A DNA stretch of 42,684 nucleotides, filler included, from Psammoneis japonica (GCA_008632985.1; 6 parts of 6 records of this genome joined end to end with filler, not necessarily neighbours in it), one strand, 5' to 3'; numbered from the whole stretch's first letter, positions 1 to 12,140 are shown. Program-made: numbers and translations. Notes: generated by a model not told the origin, from the sequence alone.

Positions 1-243
1 GCATTTCCTTTTCTGCAGTGAAATCCCGTTCCGAGCAAAGAGCCCGGGAAGCCCACCTATCGAGGTTCACTGAGTTCAAATTCTTAGGCCAGCACGTCGT
101 CTCATCTGGCTTTTTCGTCTAGTGTTTCGGCTCCAGCTTTCTCGTAACTTGAAGCCATTGTCACGTTTAGCAGTGAACATGTCGCGTCCGCCTTTGTCAA
201 CAGACGGCAGTCGATATAATGCCACATCCGCGACGAGCCCATC

Positions 244-1340
244 TTGTTTGCAGTTTCCGAATGCCAAGCCCGCACAGTCAACGCCGCACGTCTGAGGAGC
301 ATTTCGGTTCTGCTCAGTTGGGCATCGGACGTGCGACAGATGAAGAAAGAAATGACGAGCACACTGGAGGCAGACGATGACGCCGACAACCACACCAATG
401 CCTGCTCCGAGATGATTGCCCATGCCCCCCACTTCACCACCAGGGCCAACCTGCAACCCACCGAAACATTTGCCGCTGATGACGTCAAGATTTGGGAGAT
501 CATTGCTGCGATCACGCAGGAACATTCATGTTGGGCAAGAAGGCTCAGCGCAACCAGGACAGCAGGACAGCCTGCCTGAACTTGCAAAACCATTTCTTGG
601 GCCCGAATGATGCAGATGACATGGCCAGTGTGGCTGAAAAGTGCTTGGCAGGTCTTTGCCATCACTGCAAATGCTGGAACTGGAACTTGAGCACCCAGTG
701 CGTGTTCACGTTGAACAGCACTCCATCATTGACAGCCTCAAGGAGCACGGCCATGCCGGAATCGACAAATGCTCCAATGTGTGCTGCCTTCTGGAGAGCA
801 TCAAGGGCATGTCCCTTGACTCCTTGAAAGCGCAGATTGTGGCCAGCACTGCGCTGTGCAGCAAATTTGACAGATGTGCTGTCTTGTGCAAAGACTTCAT
901 CAAGCAGTCCAAGCTGGATGGCGAAACCAAGAAGCTTTGCATTGCAGCCCTGAGGCTGCTGAGCACCAATGTGATGATGTCATTCATGAGAAAGATGTCA
1001 AGGACAAGCATTGCCCTGACAAGGAGCACAAGCAAATGTCCCCAAAGCACGTGAGAAGCTCAAGTCCCCATGCGATGCTTGCAGTGGCTGAGACACAACG
1101 TCCATGGCCAAGAACGCAAAGCAGATCAAGGCCCTTGTCAGCGCGGTTGCAGCCGCCGCTGCTCACATTGAGGGCCAGCAGGACAACACTGCCAGCAACT
1201 CTGAAGAAACCACAAAGCGGCCTGCCATCGTCAAGCAGAAGTGCAGCTGCTCCAACTTTCAGATGTTGAAGGGTGCGACAGCCAATGGCCGGAGTCATGG
1301 GAACAACAACCTCAGACCTGGCAGGAAGGAGAAGGAATGA
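244..1340 (+). mobile_element. Degenerate diatom Copia (CoDi-like) gag remnant, frameshifted
   Basis: Fragments in three frames: DSRTACLNLQNHFLGPND.DDMASVAEK, VRVHVEQHSIIDSLKEHGHAGID, LKAQIVAS...FDRCAVLCKDFIKQ and DKHCPDKEHKQMSP. They match the recalled diatom copia gag pattern (AY..LY.HYLGPN; KEYGYAGID; LYKDFIKQ; DRYY..KEY) once C/H are read as Y. Confidence 0.7.
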
Positions 1341-2124
1341 TCCTCTGCAACCCTGTGTCTCAGTCCGCTTTGGACCCTGTGCATGACCCAAATGACCATG
1401 AAGGAAGCCATGCACACCGAAGCTTGACATGCGGCACAATTGTTTTTTGTCATCCATCGCATGTTTTGCAATTTTGTGCATTTCCACGTGTGACATTTCA
1501 AAAAATTGCTCCAGACTCGCTGTTTTGCAAAACCCCAGATGTTTTGTTCAACAAAATCATGGGAACACAAACAGGCCAGGCACATTCTTCAATGTCTGAA
1601 GAGCGCACCTGCCAAGCAGAAAATGATGTGCTTGAATCACAGACGAGTTTGTGCATCAGCAAAATTGCCTCATTTTCTGTTGGCCATCATTGACATGTTG
1701 TTGGTTGCCTGATGATTTGCTGCAGAGCTCTCACGCAGAATTCTGCGGGCCCAATGTCACACGGATTCCTGCCTGCTCTTTTTGCCTGGCTCTTCCAAAC
1801 TTGAACGTTACAATTTTGGCACCTTTCTGACCAGATTTGTTGCATGTCCTCAGAAACCTGTGAAAACTTGCAACTTCTCTCCACAAACAAGTCAAGGGGA
1901 GTGCAGTTGAGCAGTCAAAACACTTTGTTGTGTGAAATGTCCAAGTTTCCATCATCCGGGAGAGGGTTCAAGTTGGCGAGCCGACTTTGGCGATTTGTGC
2001 AGAAAACACACTGAGCTCTGCGTGCGTGGAATCTGGCCCAATTTTGTGCCCGCACCACCTTAAGTGGTTGTCAAGTGGAAAGTTTTTTGTGCACTTCTCA
2101 GGCCATTTCAAGCCCCCAATCTAA

Positions 2125-2223
2125 NNNNNNNNNNNNNNNNNNNNNNNNNNNNNNNNNNNNNNNNNNNNTTAATTAATTAANNNNNNNNNNNNNNNNNNNN
2201 NNNNNNNNNNNNNNNNNNNNNNN
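2125..2223. other. Artificial scaffold linker (N-run + TTAATTAATTAA + N-run)
   Basis: The identical 12-mer, which has stops in all six frames, is centred in ~100-nt N spacers. It occurs at 2169-2180, 4352-4363, 6249-6260, 8038-8049 and 37036-37047. Confidence 0.95.
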
Positions 2224-3444
2224 NGTCTTGAGCAGTTGCCTCCAGAGATTGGACAGTTGAGAAGCTTGACGACCTTAGAAGTTTCGACAAATGAGCGTCT
2301 TCTGTCCTTGCCTGCTGAGATTGGACAGCTTGCAAACCTTGAGACGCTCAAATTGAGGCATTGCAAGAGTCTCGTGCAATTGCCTCCAGAGATTGGACAG
2401 CTGTCTAACCTCAAAGTGCTGTTTGTTGCAAGCTGGAGTCTCATCACCTTGCCTGCTGAGATTGGACAACTTGCAAACCTTGAGACCATCAAATTGGAGG
2501 GTTGCCACGGTTTCATGCAGTTGCCTCCAGAGATTGGACAGCTGTCTAACCTCAAAGAGCAGGTTGTTGAAAGCTTGATTGAGTTGACTGTCTTCAATGC
2601 TGAGAGTCTTGTTGCCATGCCCGGTGAAGTTGGACAACTTGCAAACCTCAAGACATTGACACTGATCCACTGCCATCGTCTTGAGCGATTGCCTCCAGAG
2701 ATTGGACAGTTGACCAACCTAAAAGAGCTGACGGTTGCTTCTAAAGATGGTTCTCTGCGTCTTGTCACCTTGCCTCGAGAGATTGGACGACTTGCAAAAC
2801 TTAAAGAGTTGGTTGTTGAGGGGTGCACAGAACTTGCTGAGTTGCCAGATGAGCTCTTCCAACTTTCAAGTTTGAAAAGGCTCAGTTTGACAGGGTGTCG
2901 ATCCCTCACTGAGTTGCCAGCGAGAGTTTCCAGGCTTGCGGGTCTTGAGTCATCAGGACTGGCCTGTTGCAATGGCCTTGTTGAGTTGCCTCCTGCGATG
3001 GGGTTGCTCAAAAGATTAAAAACGTTGGAACTCTCTAATTGCGTGCAATTGCAAACAATTCCGAGAGAGGTTTTGGCACTGCCCAATCTTGAAAGACTTC
3101 ATTTGCTGGAGAACCTTCAGCTGAACATCACACCTGAAGAAATTGGAGAAGCCTCACACTCATTGAAACACGCCCAAATGCCGATTGATGGGAGGACTCA
3201 ACTTGTGATGGATTGCTTCTGCGGAATGACCCAGGCAGGACGTCACTTGGTGCGGCTCGGCAAAGACAAAATGCCTGATTTGCTCTGGCCGCGTGTGTTG
3301 GCGGGTCGCCACAGCAATGCGAGTTTTGTTTTTTGGCTCTTGACAAACAAGCCCCATTTGGCTCAAAAGAAAGAACCTTCACAAGAAAGAGGGGCCAAGA
3401 GAAAGAGGGACCAAAAGAGAAAGTTCGCGGAGCTGGCAGTCTGA
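2224..3444 (+). CDS. Leucine-rich repeat protein, 5' truncated by the gap; ORF open but hypermutated
   Basis: About 12 repeats of LP.EIGQL..L..L.L..C..L, followed by a cap (MDCFCGMTQAGRHL...LWPRVL...FWLL) and a basic tail. No Tyr in 402 aa. Confidence 0.85.
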   Translation, partial: XLEQLPPEIGQLRSLTTLEVSTNERLLSLPAEIGQLANLETLKLRHCKSLVQLPPEIGQLSNLKVLFVASWSLITLPAEIGQLANLETIKLEGCHGFMQLPPEIGQLSNLKEQVVESLIELTVFNAESLVAMPGEVGQLANLKTLTLIHCHRLERLPPEIGQLTNLKELTVASKDGSLRLVTLPREIGRLAKLKELVVEGCTELAELPDELFQLSSLKRLSLTGCRSLTELPARVSRLAGLESSGLACCNGLVELPPAMGLLKRLKTLELSNCVQLQTIPREVLALPNLERLHLLENLQLNITPEEIGEASHSLKHAQMPIDGRTQLVMDCFCGMTQAGRHLVRLGKDKMPDLLWPRVLAGRHSNASFVFWLLTNKPHLAQKKEPSQERGAKRKRDQKRKFAELAV

Positions 3445-3825
3445 AGATTAAATTAATTTAAATGCACCGCAACTTTAGCATCAATTGCAGTTTGATTGTC
3501 CAAGGTCCGGTGTGCACCTTGCAGCAAAGTCAACATGTTCACCATTCGGAGATGAATTTGCACATGTGTGGGGGACATGCAATGATCATCTTGAAGTGTG
3601 TGACAATGCCTGAGCACAAGACGTTGGAAGTCGAACCCAGCCGTTCATGGACAGAACCAATTTCAGCCATTTTCCATCCGCAATCTCGAAATCAAATGGG
3701 GGGAAGAATGGTGTCCGAATGTCACCTCTCCATGGAGCACCATCCCTTCACTGCCCAAGAGCCTGTTGACATGTTGTTGGTTGTGTGGGCATTGATGATG
3801 TGCACATCCATGCCTGGAGGAGGAG

Positions 3826-4054
3826 GGGGCACACCTTGCAGCCAATCACATCACACGATTGCTGTCATTCCCGAACACCAACTCACGAGCAGGAGTGGAC
3901 ATTTGCGCAGAACACACCGGCATTTGACGGCCGCGAACATCGTCTGCTTTCGTTTTTTAAAAATTGTCACATGCAGTGCATCATGCGGTCCCCAAGAGGG
4001 GACATGCCTTGCAGCCAATCACATCACACGATTGCCGTCATTCCAAACACCAAC
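3826..4054 (+). repeat. Direct repeat pair of ~55 bp
   Basis: ccttgcagccaatcacatcacacgattgc(t/c)gtcattcc(g/a)aacaccaac occurs at ~3833-3882 and ~4007-4054. Confidence 0.85.
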
Positions 4055-4477
4055 CAAGGAGGCCGTGAACACTGCATTTCCGTTGACGTGGATTTTGGCA
4101 CCAAAACCTGCAAATGCGAGCCAGCTGCCACAGCACTCACTTGCTCTCCCTCCTTGCACATCATTGCAACACCATGGCCAAGGTTGTGAAACCAGGGGCT
4201 GTTGCTCCAGTCAACCAAGCCTGTCCCAGGCACAGTGAAAGCAGTGCTTGTGGAAAGCCACCGTCGCTGCCAAAACAGCCCAACATGAAACCAGGAGCTG
4301 CCCAGAANNNNNNNNNNNNNNNNNNNNNNNNNNNNNNNNNNNNNNNNNNNNTTAATTAATTAANNNNNNNNNNNNNNNNNNNNNNNNNNNNNNNNNNNNN
4401 NNNNNNNAGCTCTGCCAGGTTTGTGTCGTCCAATGGCAGACATTGAGGACGACAATCTTTGCTGTGCAGCAAAAGCT

Positions 4478-5654
4478 TCATGGTTGAGCAATCTGTTGAT
4501 GAACGTCCTGCCGCACTGTGCTGTCCTGCTCCTCGACAGCTCTCTTGGTTCCTCTTTTTCCCTGGTGCTTCTGGACAAAGTGAGGTTTGTGCGTCAAGAA
4601 CCAAAAACAAATTTTCATCACTGGAAGGACCCACCAACACATTTGGCCAAATGGCAGCGGGTGCGCCTCTTTTGCAACGCAACAAGTGACGTCCAGCCTT
4701 GTTCATTTGACAAAAGCAATCCATCTTCGCTTGAGTCTCCTCGGTCGGCATTTCCATGTGCTTCAAAGAATGCGAAGCCTCTCCAATTTCTTCCGGTGTT
4801 GTCTTTAGCTCACAACACGCCCACAAATTAAGATCTGTGAGATTTGGAAGCCCCAGAACCTCTTTTGGAACATGAGTCAATTGCGTGCAACCCATCAAAC
4901 ACAACTCTTTCAAAGATTCAAGTGACCCGATTGCAACAGGCAACTCAATGATGTCAGCATCATCACTCAAATCCAGTCTGGTCAGGTTCACCATGCCGCT
5001 TGTGCCATTTTGAAGGAAATCATTCAAGCCTCTGCATCCGCGCAGCTCAAGCGTTTGCAAGTTGGAGAGGTGGCCAATCTCAACAGGAATTTCTGACATT
5101 TTACCACAAAGTGACACGTGCAACGATTCGAGACTCGTCAGCTGGGAAACTCTCGCTGGCAACGCAGTGAGGGAATCACAACATTCCAACCGCAAGCATT
5201 TCAAATTTGGCAGTCGGAAGAGTTCATCTGGCAACTCAGTGACTTCCGTGCAGTGTTCAATCTCCAGCTCCCCCAGGTTTGTGAGGTGCAAAATTCCATG
5301 CGGCAGTCGTTTTAGCTCTGTGCACCCACACAAATGCAGCTCCGCCAAGCTCCGCAACTGTCCAATCTCATCAGGCAAATCAACAAGACTCGTGCAACAA
5401 ACAAGGCGCAACACTTTGAGGCCGGTCAACCGTCCAATCTGTGGCGGCAATTGCTCAAGATGCCGGCAGGATGACAAGTCCAGTGTAGTCAGTCGGTGCA
5501 GCAAGCCCACTTCAGGTGGCAATTCTCTCATTCTCGCCCAACGATCTTCGCTCAAGATCAGGAAAATTTGTTTGCGCTCCATCAAAGCCTCCTCAGACAG
5601 TCCCGCTGCTCGAGCCAATGTGTTGAGGCCATGCAGCGCTTTGCCATCCTCCAT
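4478..5654 (-). pseudogene. Second LRR paralogue with a frameshift near 4612
   Basis: Starts MEDGK at 5654 and contains LRR repeats. It shares TPEEIGEASHSLKH and MDCFC.M..AGRHL with LRR1. After a +1 shift it reads ICFWFLTHKPHFVQ...KRGTKR...AQP* (stop 4478-4480), matching LRR1 FVFWLLTNKPHLAQ. No Tyr. Confidence 0.8.
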
Positions 5655-5855
5655 GGTGCGTGATGGTGCTCTTCTTTTGGAGCGTGCCGCACAGGCAGGT
5701 GCAAAGCCAAACGAGGGTCGAAGCAACTCCCTCCTTGTCAACAGAACAACAAAAAGGTGGTGAAATGATGTGATGTGCTTGTTGCAGCAGTGCTTGTCAC
5801 AGCAGTGCAAGTTGGAGATGGATTTGTGCATGCAGCAGCAGTCGTGTGCACCCAC

Positions 5856-6082
5856 ATGCCATGTCGTGCGGGCACGGCCCCGGGGCACAACAAGCCACAT
5901 CACAAACTGCCATGCGGAGATGAATTTGCACATGTGAGGGGACATGCCTCGCAACGCGCAGTTGCTGTGCTTTCTGTGCTGTTGCAGTCGCGCATGCATG
6001 TCGTGCAGGTGTAGCCCCGGGGCACACCCACACCACAAACTGCCATTCGGAGACGAATTTGCACATGTGCGTGAGGGGGCAC
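5856..6082 (+). repeat. Tandem ~137-bp-period repeat upstream of LRR2, with a third partial copy at 3542-3580
   Basis: gccccggggcaca...cacaaactgccat(g/t)cggaga(t/c)gaatttgcacatgtg starts at 5877 and 6014. ccattcggagatgaatttgcacatgtg is at 3542-3568. Confidence 0.85.
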
Positions 6083-6304
6083 AGCACACATCCATCCTCC
6101 CCCACTCCTTGCTCCTCTGCAACCACAATGGCAGCAACCGCCATTTGCCAACACGCTGTCATCCGCATCAACCCTGATGTCCATCGCTTTGTGTCGGATC
6201 TTGCNNNNNNNNNNNNNNNNNNNNNNNNNNNNNNNNNNNNNNNNNNNNTTAATTAATTAANNNNNNNNNNNNNNNNNNNNNNNNNNNNNNNNNNNNNNNN
6301 NNNN

Positions 6305-7993
6305 ACATTTTGTTTTGATCCCTGTTGTTGTTGTTGTTGGATGATCCTTGATCAGATTGATGCCATGATGCTGTTGGGAATTGAAGCGCAAGAGATGCTG
6401 GCTGACACCAAACAAACATCATTGGACAAGCCATTCCTTTGAGGATTGTCAAGATTCTGCAAGCCTTGGAGGAAGAAACACACATGATTGAAGTGAAATT
6501 GCTGGCAAACTCAACTTGCACACTGGCAAAAGCTCTCAAGTTTGCCAAGGCTGGGGCAAAGACCTGGCATTTGCAGTGCAACCACACCTCATTCCCAAGG
6601 GCATCGTCCCAACTGGAGCACCATTGGCAAACCAGAAGTTCTTGAAGGGCACCGCAAAACAAAGTCAAAAGGACCAGAAGAACATTTTGCAGCAGATCCA
6701 GGTGATCAAGACCATGGGAGAGTTCCTGACAAAATTGGCCAACTCTTTTGCAGGGCTGGAGCAGCAAATCTGAGCCAAGGAGGTGACACAGTGGATCCAT
6801 TGTTGGATTTGCCAATTTCAGATTTGCTGTTCCAAGGTAAAATCCTGGAACCAGTGGGAAAATGCAACTGGATGTTGCAGCAACAAGAAAGTCTCAAAAA
6901 AGATGCCAACAGGCTCAACCATGACACCTTGCTGGTCCAAGTGCATCACAATGGAGTCGGCGGCATGATCCAACTGGCCATCAAGACCACCAGACCCTGG
7001 AAGTTGGCGGTGCTTTTGGAGTGTCATTGCACTGCCAACCCCTGCTTGGGAAACTTCCAGCAGCTCTTTACCTGGTGCAGCTCTCTTTGAGGCAGACATG
7101 GGTGTGTTTGCTGGCACCACCAGGGTGCCAAGTTTTGGCATCCCTGGGCTCCAGTCAGCCCACGTGCACATGTTGCAGGGATGGACCCAACTCTGCAATC
7201 TCAAGCTTGGCAAGCCCATGTCTCAACCAAGTCATTTGCCCATTTGCCAGCTCCAGCATGTGTTGCTGCAGCTGGGCCTGAACTTGCTGCCCATTGTCAC
7301 CTCCTCAGATTCTTTGCAAATTTGCTTCGAGGCATTCCCAGAAGCAGAGCCAGGTCAGGTTTGTGCACCTGGCAAGATTTTCAACAAATGGAGTCATCTG
7401 CTGCAGGGAACAACAGCAGACATGTGCTGCAATGATGTGTTTGTTCACTCGCATCATTTGCCAGTGGTGGAACCGGGCCAAAAGGCCTTTGTCCCATGCA
7501 GCCTGGAGCTGACAATTTTGATTGACTTGTCCACCAAAACTGAACAGGGTGGGGACAGCGACAAATTGGATTCACATCTTGCCTTTTTGGCTGTTGCCCA
7601 CACGGTCAATGTTGTGGCAGAAGAATCATCCTGTGCTGTGTGAGTCAGATTGCAGCTGCCAAAGCTCATGAAAGGCGGTGATGATCCCCAAGCAAAGGTC
7701 ATTCCCTCAAAGATGATTGTGCTGTGGAAGACACAGAAGATTTTGTTGATCCAGACATGGTCTGGTGTCACTTCACATTGTCAATGATGAGATGGCAGTG
7801 ATCCTTCAAATGGTTGCTCCCGATGGTGGCGCTGGCTTGACTGCTTCATTCTCCTGCCGAACTCAGCGGCAAGACAGTGTTGTTGTGTCAAGCAGCAAGG
7901 GCTTTGGTTTCAACAAGGCTCCAGCGGCAAGTGGCCTTTGGGGTGGCCCACCCCTGCCACTGGCGGTGGAGCATTTGGAGATGTCGTTTGGCA
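6305..7993. other. Unidentified degenerate, TpA-depleted sequence (probable TE or pseudogene relic)
   Basis: Only two TA dinucleotides seen (~6838, ~7069). Broken ORFs rich in C/H; no family recognised. Confidence 0.4.
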
Positions 7994-8197
7994 NNNNNNN
8001 NNNNNNNNNNNNNNNNNNNNNNNNNNNNNNNNNNNNNTTAATTAATTAANNNNNNNNNNNNNNNNNNNNNNNNNNNNNNNNNNNNNNNNNNNNCAAAAGA
8101 TGCTCAACAAATTGAGTCATGTCTTGTTTGACCAATTGATCTCATCCACACGTCATGATGAACGTTGGGGACCTCTGCCACCACCGCCACCAGAAGG

Positions 8198-8850
8198 ACC
8201 GTGTCAAGTGCCGCGTCTAGCTCGTCGTAATAAGGAATAATCGAGTTATTTTCCTCTGGGTCCTTTGTTATTAACGATGTTTCCGCTACTGAAGTTGCCT
8301 CCTCATTTGTTTGCGATCTCGTTTGTTGTCGCTCCAGCTTTTTGTCCAGCACTCGCGGCCACGCAAAGAAAGTCAGGAACCCTGCTAGCACTGACATCCA
8401 TACATATTCCGTCTCGCTCGTCCAAAACGGTCGTTTGCATAAAAAGATGGCGTCTCGTATGGTTCCACCACCAACGGCAGTCACCATTCCCACCATGGAG
8501 CATCCAAACACATCGAGTCCCGACTGCGCAGCCGTGACGCTTCCCGTGAGCGCAAACGTCAGGGTTCCCGCATAATCGAGTCCACGAAGGACTCCACCGG
8601 GACTTTTCAAATTTGGAAATCGAGAAAGGGCATCGTCATCACGGCCTCTGACGCGGGGAGCATTGACGAGTGTTGCATCCGTAGGTGTCTCGCATGCTTT
8701 CATATTTCGCCGTGCCGACGCTGTTGGCTGGTGAGTACGATTGTGCAACAATGATGAGCGAACTAGGGTTCGCCTCGTATGAGTCATGTGCCATAAGGAA
8801 TGACGCAAAGCTCTTCGAGGAAGGAGCCTTTGATTTATAAGGAGACTCAT
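8198..8850 (-). CDS. UPF0126/TRIC (YadS/YicG-like) membrane protein, 3' half apparently missing
   Basis: LDYAGTLTFALTGSVTAA...DVFG..MVGMVTAVGGGTIRD......PFW is the UPF0126 repeat. The R/S/L-rich N-terminus from the Met at 8850 resembles a mitochondrial presequence. Homology stops at LDAALDT, where repeat 2 should begin. TpA content is normal. Confidence 0.75.
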
Positions 8851-9279
8851 ACGGTAGCGGATTCGTAGTACTATCACCAAGCTCCAAGCTCCATCCCATG
8901 ATCTGGGATGTTCAATGATGGCCAGGTGTGAGTGTGAGTGTGAGGTCGCTGGCAGCAAACAGCAAGCACGATGTTTTGAAATTTTGCGATCCAAGTTCAT
9001 CCTTTTTTATCCAGCTTCCTTGATATCAATACCGGTGTAAATTAGAGTGTCCTTCTCTAAGATTAAATTTCAGTCTTGTCCCCTTCAACCAAATCCGCCA
9101 CCACTTTCGTCACAACTCACAATCCGCCACCACAAAGAACAAGAGACAAGAGCATAACGATGAATCAATCTGCGACTTTACCGCTGTGTGGGTGCCATTG
9201 ATTTTTCGGTGTAGAAGGTAGATGTGCTGCATCTAGCATCACGGACTCCCAGCTGATGCGCTTTTAGGCCGAAGCCATG

Positions 9280-11270
9280 CTCCAGGCAAAGCATTGTGGG
9301 GTTCTCAACCTCAGGAGTGTGGCTTCGTCAAAAATTGGTCACAACACATGAATTTCTGCTCACGGATTGGAGCCCCTTCACAGTTGTTTGCTTCAAGAGA
9401 TGGATCTGAGACTTGCAGGTGATGGAGTGCTAGAACATCCTTTTGATCTGCTGACAGTGTGATTGTTCAGTCCCTCCTTTGCCACATTCTTGACTTTGTT
9501 TTGTGCCGTTGCTCCCGGCTGTGCGTCAGATCACACGAACTCCTGGGCTCTTTGTTTTGTTTGCAAACTCATCTGGTGCATCAGTGGCATGAGAAACATG
9601 ATGCAGAGGGGTCTTCTGCACTTGCTGGCAGAGGGGAGAACATCAGACATGGTGGTGGACATCAGAGTGGCAGGCACACACAAGTGCAAAGCTGTGCTCA
9701 TTTTGCTCTCCTTTTCTTGTGGTGCTGACATTGGATTGTGCTTGGCAATGAGGCCAACAAGGCAGTGCTGCACATGAATGGCAAAAGCCATGCTCAAAAG
9801 TGTTTTTTGTTCACATGCAAATGAGCATCATGAGACAATGAGGGGGGGGCATGCATTGTGGAACTTCCAGCCTCTCAGATTGGCGCCACAGATGCCCTCT
9901 CAAGCAATGAGAAGATTGTGCTGGTCCATTCCTCTGCAAGTGTCAAATCAAACCAACAGCAACAGATGCCACAGGCTGAGATGTGAGGCATCAAAGCCAC
10001 ACACTCTGATGTCAACTGCAATGGTTGATTGCTTGAGGCAGAGCCAAAACCCAGTTGCAACAAAGTCAGGTTTGGCATCACTTTGCTGACAGAGCTGGCT
10101 GCCAGCCAAGTGTGCTCCCAAGAAGTGAGAGTGGCAAGGCTAGAGGATGGAATGGGTGGCAGCATTGAAGCCACCAGCTGCTGTTGCTTGCTCTTGGCTT
10201 TTGGCTGTTTTTCAAAAGAGAGAAAGAGAGCAAGGAAGCCAGAGCAGAGATGCTCAAAAGCTGCCACAATGGGCTGGAACAGCTTTGCAAGTGAGTGCAA
10301 CAAGGCACATGGGCACGTTCCCAAACTCAAGCTGGGGTGGCAGGGCTTTCCAGCTCCACCCACAGTGCAAAGCAGTCACAGAGAGGGCGTGCATGCTGGG
10401 CAGGTGGCTGGCTCAAAGCTGGAGGGTTGGGACAACACAGGCATCTTTGGGTTTTATCTGGTGGATGTTGGCAGCTGGGGTGGAAGACAAAGTCACCACT
10501 CACAAGCACCTTGGCTGTGGTTGCCAACTTTGCACGTGGCAGGCACAGCCAGGCAGCAGGCGGGGGCACCTGGTGCGCACAAGAACACCCGCACCTTTGT
10601 CTGCTCTGCACTTTGGGTGCAGCAGTGCATGGTTGTGGCAGCTGGTGAGTCATGGCTAAATGTTGCCACCACGTGCCCTCACTGGGCCCCTGGACAATGT
10701 CCCAGCCATCCTTGAGCCAGTGCCATGAAGCTCTGCATTGGTTTGATGCACTCCTTGATGCAGATCCTTTGTGCTGCTGTTGTGGTGTGACAACCTTGAG
10801 ACAACTTCCCATGACCAACAGTGCTGCCTTTGCTGGTGCTCCTCTGGCAGCAAGTGGAGAGGTGGCAGGCTGCTCCAGCCCCTCTCAGCACTGCAGTTAG
10901 CAGCGGCTCTGGTGGCGCGGGGGGTGGTTGCACAGGTTGCGGGGGTTCACTTGCACCATGGGCTCAGGAGGCAGCCAGTGGTGCACGAGGTGGCGGCACA
11001 TCGCTGGGGCCAGGTGAACTCTGTTGGGCTGCCCTCTGCCTGCTGCCAGCTGCTGATGAGCACCACTCATGTTGCATCGGCAGCTTGTTGCTCTTTGCAA
11101 ATGAGACTGCCTCAGCATCAACAAGAGCAGCAGATGGCATCCTTTGCTGCAATGACAGCACATTGGTGAAGCCATCTGCTGTGGCTGTTGCTCTTGGTTG
11201 CTCTTTTCAAAAGAATGTGTGCAGCGCGTTGATGTTGTTTGGGAGGTGAGACTGACCCTTGGAGCGGTTG
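9280..11270. other. Unidentified TpA/CpG-depleted relic
   Basis: Very few TA and many TG/CA. Overlapping C/H/Q-rich ORFs with no recognisable motif. Confidence 0.35.
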
Positions 11271-11617
11271 GAGGGCGGGTCATTTCGACTCGTCAAATTG
11301 CACGATCGAGGTGATGCTCATCGGTCATCGCACGTTAGCGCAAGCAAGCAAGCAAAAACTCGCTGGATGTCATCACGGTCACGAATGCGAAACCGCGAAC
11401 TGCTGCGAAAGAACCTTGGAGGGAGATCAAGCGATTGCACAACAAACAGACAATGGCAATTCGTGTGGTGATGGCGTCCCATGATGGATGCAGTAGCTCT
11501 TTGCTGCACCTCCCGAAGTGGCCTCCCGACCCTCCGCCATGGCCATCCTTCTTTTTGCGGATCCTTTTCCCTGCCGTTCTTGCCTTTGCCATCGTCTCCT
11601 TTCTTCATTCCCTTTCG

Positions 11618-12140
11618 GTCACTCCCTTCGCTCCTTTCGCCTGTACATTTCTACGCCCCTTCTACTGGCCCCCAGTTTCCACGATTGCCAATTGCCCTTC
11701 CAACTGCTCATTCCATTGCCCTTCCACTTTTCTTCACTCCCTTTCTTCATCCCAACAACTGCCCCCTGCCATTTCCCTTTCTGCTCTTCCTCATGCCCTC
11801 TCTCCTTCTCTGCCTTGTTCGTTTCTTTTCCCTGTGGCCCCTCTCTGCCCCCTGACCTCTTCCCCATTTCCTCCTCCAGCAACCCCTTCAATTGCCCCCC
11901 TTCCTCCCATGACTCCCTTCGCGCCTTTAGTTATGACTCCTCTCCTATCGTTCCACATGCCTTTCTACGCCCCTTCGAACACGATTGCTTCCGTACTCCT
12001 CTACAGCTTCCCCTGCCCTTCGGCCCTCTCTACTGCCCCTTTCTCTTCCATGACTCCCTTCGCGCTTCTGCTTGTGCCTTCCTCCCTATGTTTCTATGCA
12101 TCCTCTACGATCATTCGTGTACGATTGCCCACGTCATGCC
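11618..12140 (+). repeat. Degenerate 5' UTR subrepeats of the retrotransposon (3 copies)
   Basis: actcccttcgc...ttcta(c/t)gc...acgattgc recurs starting near 11618, 11909 and 12050. Confidence 0.65.
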
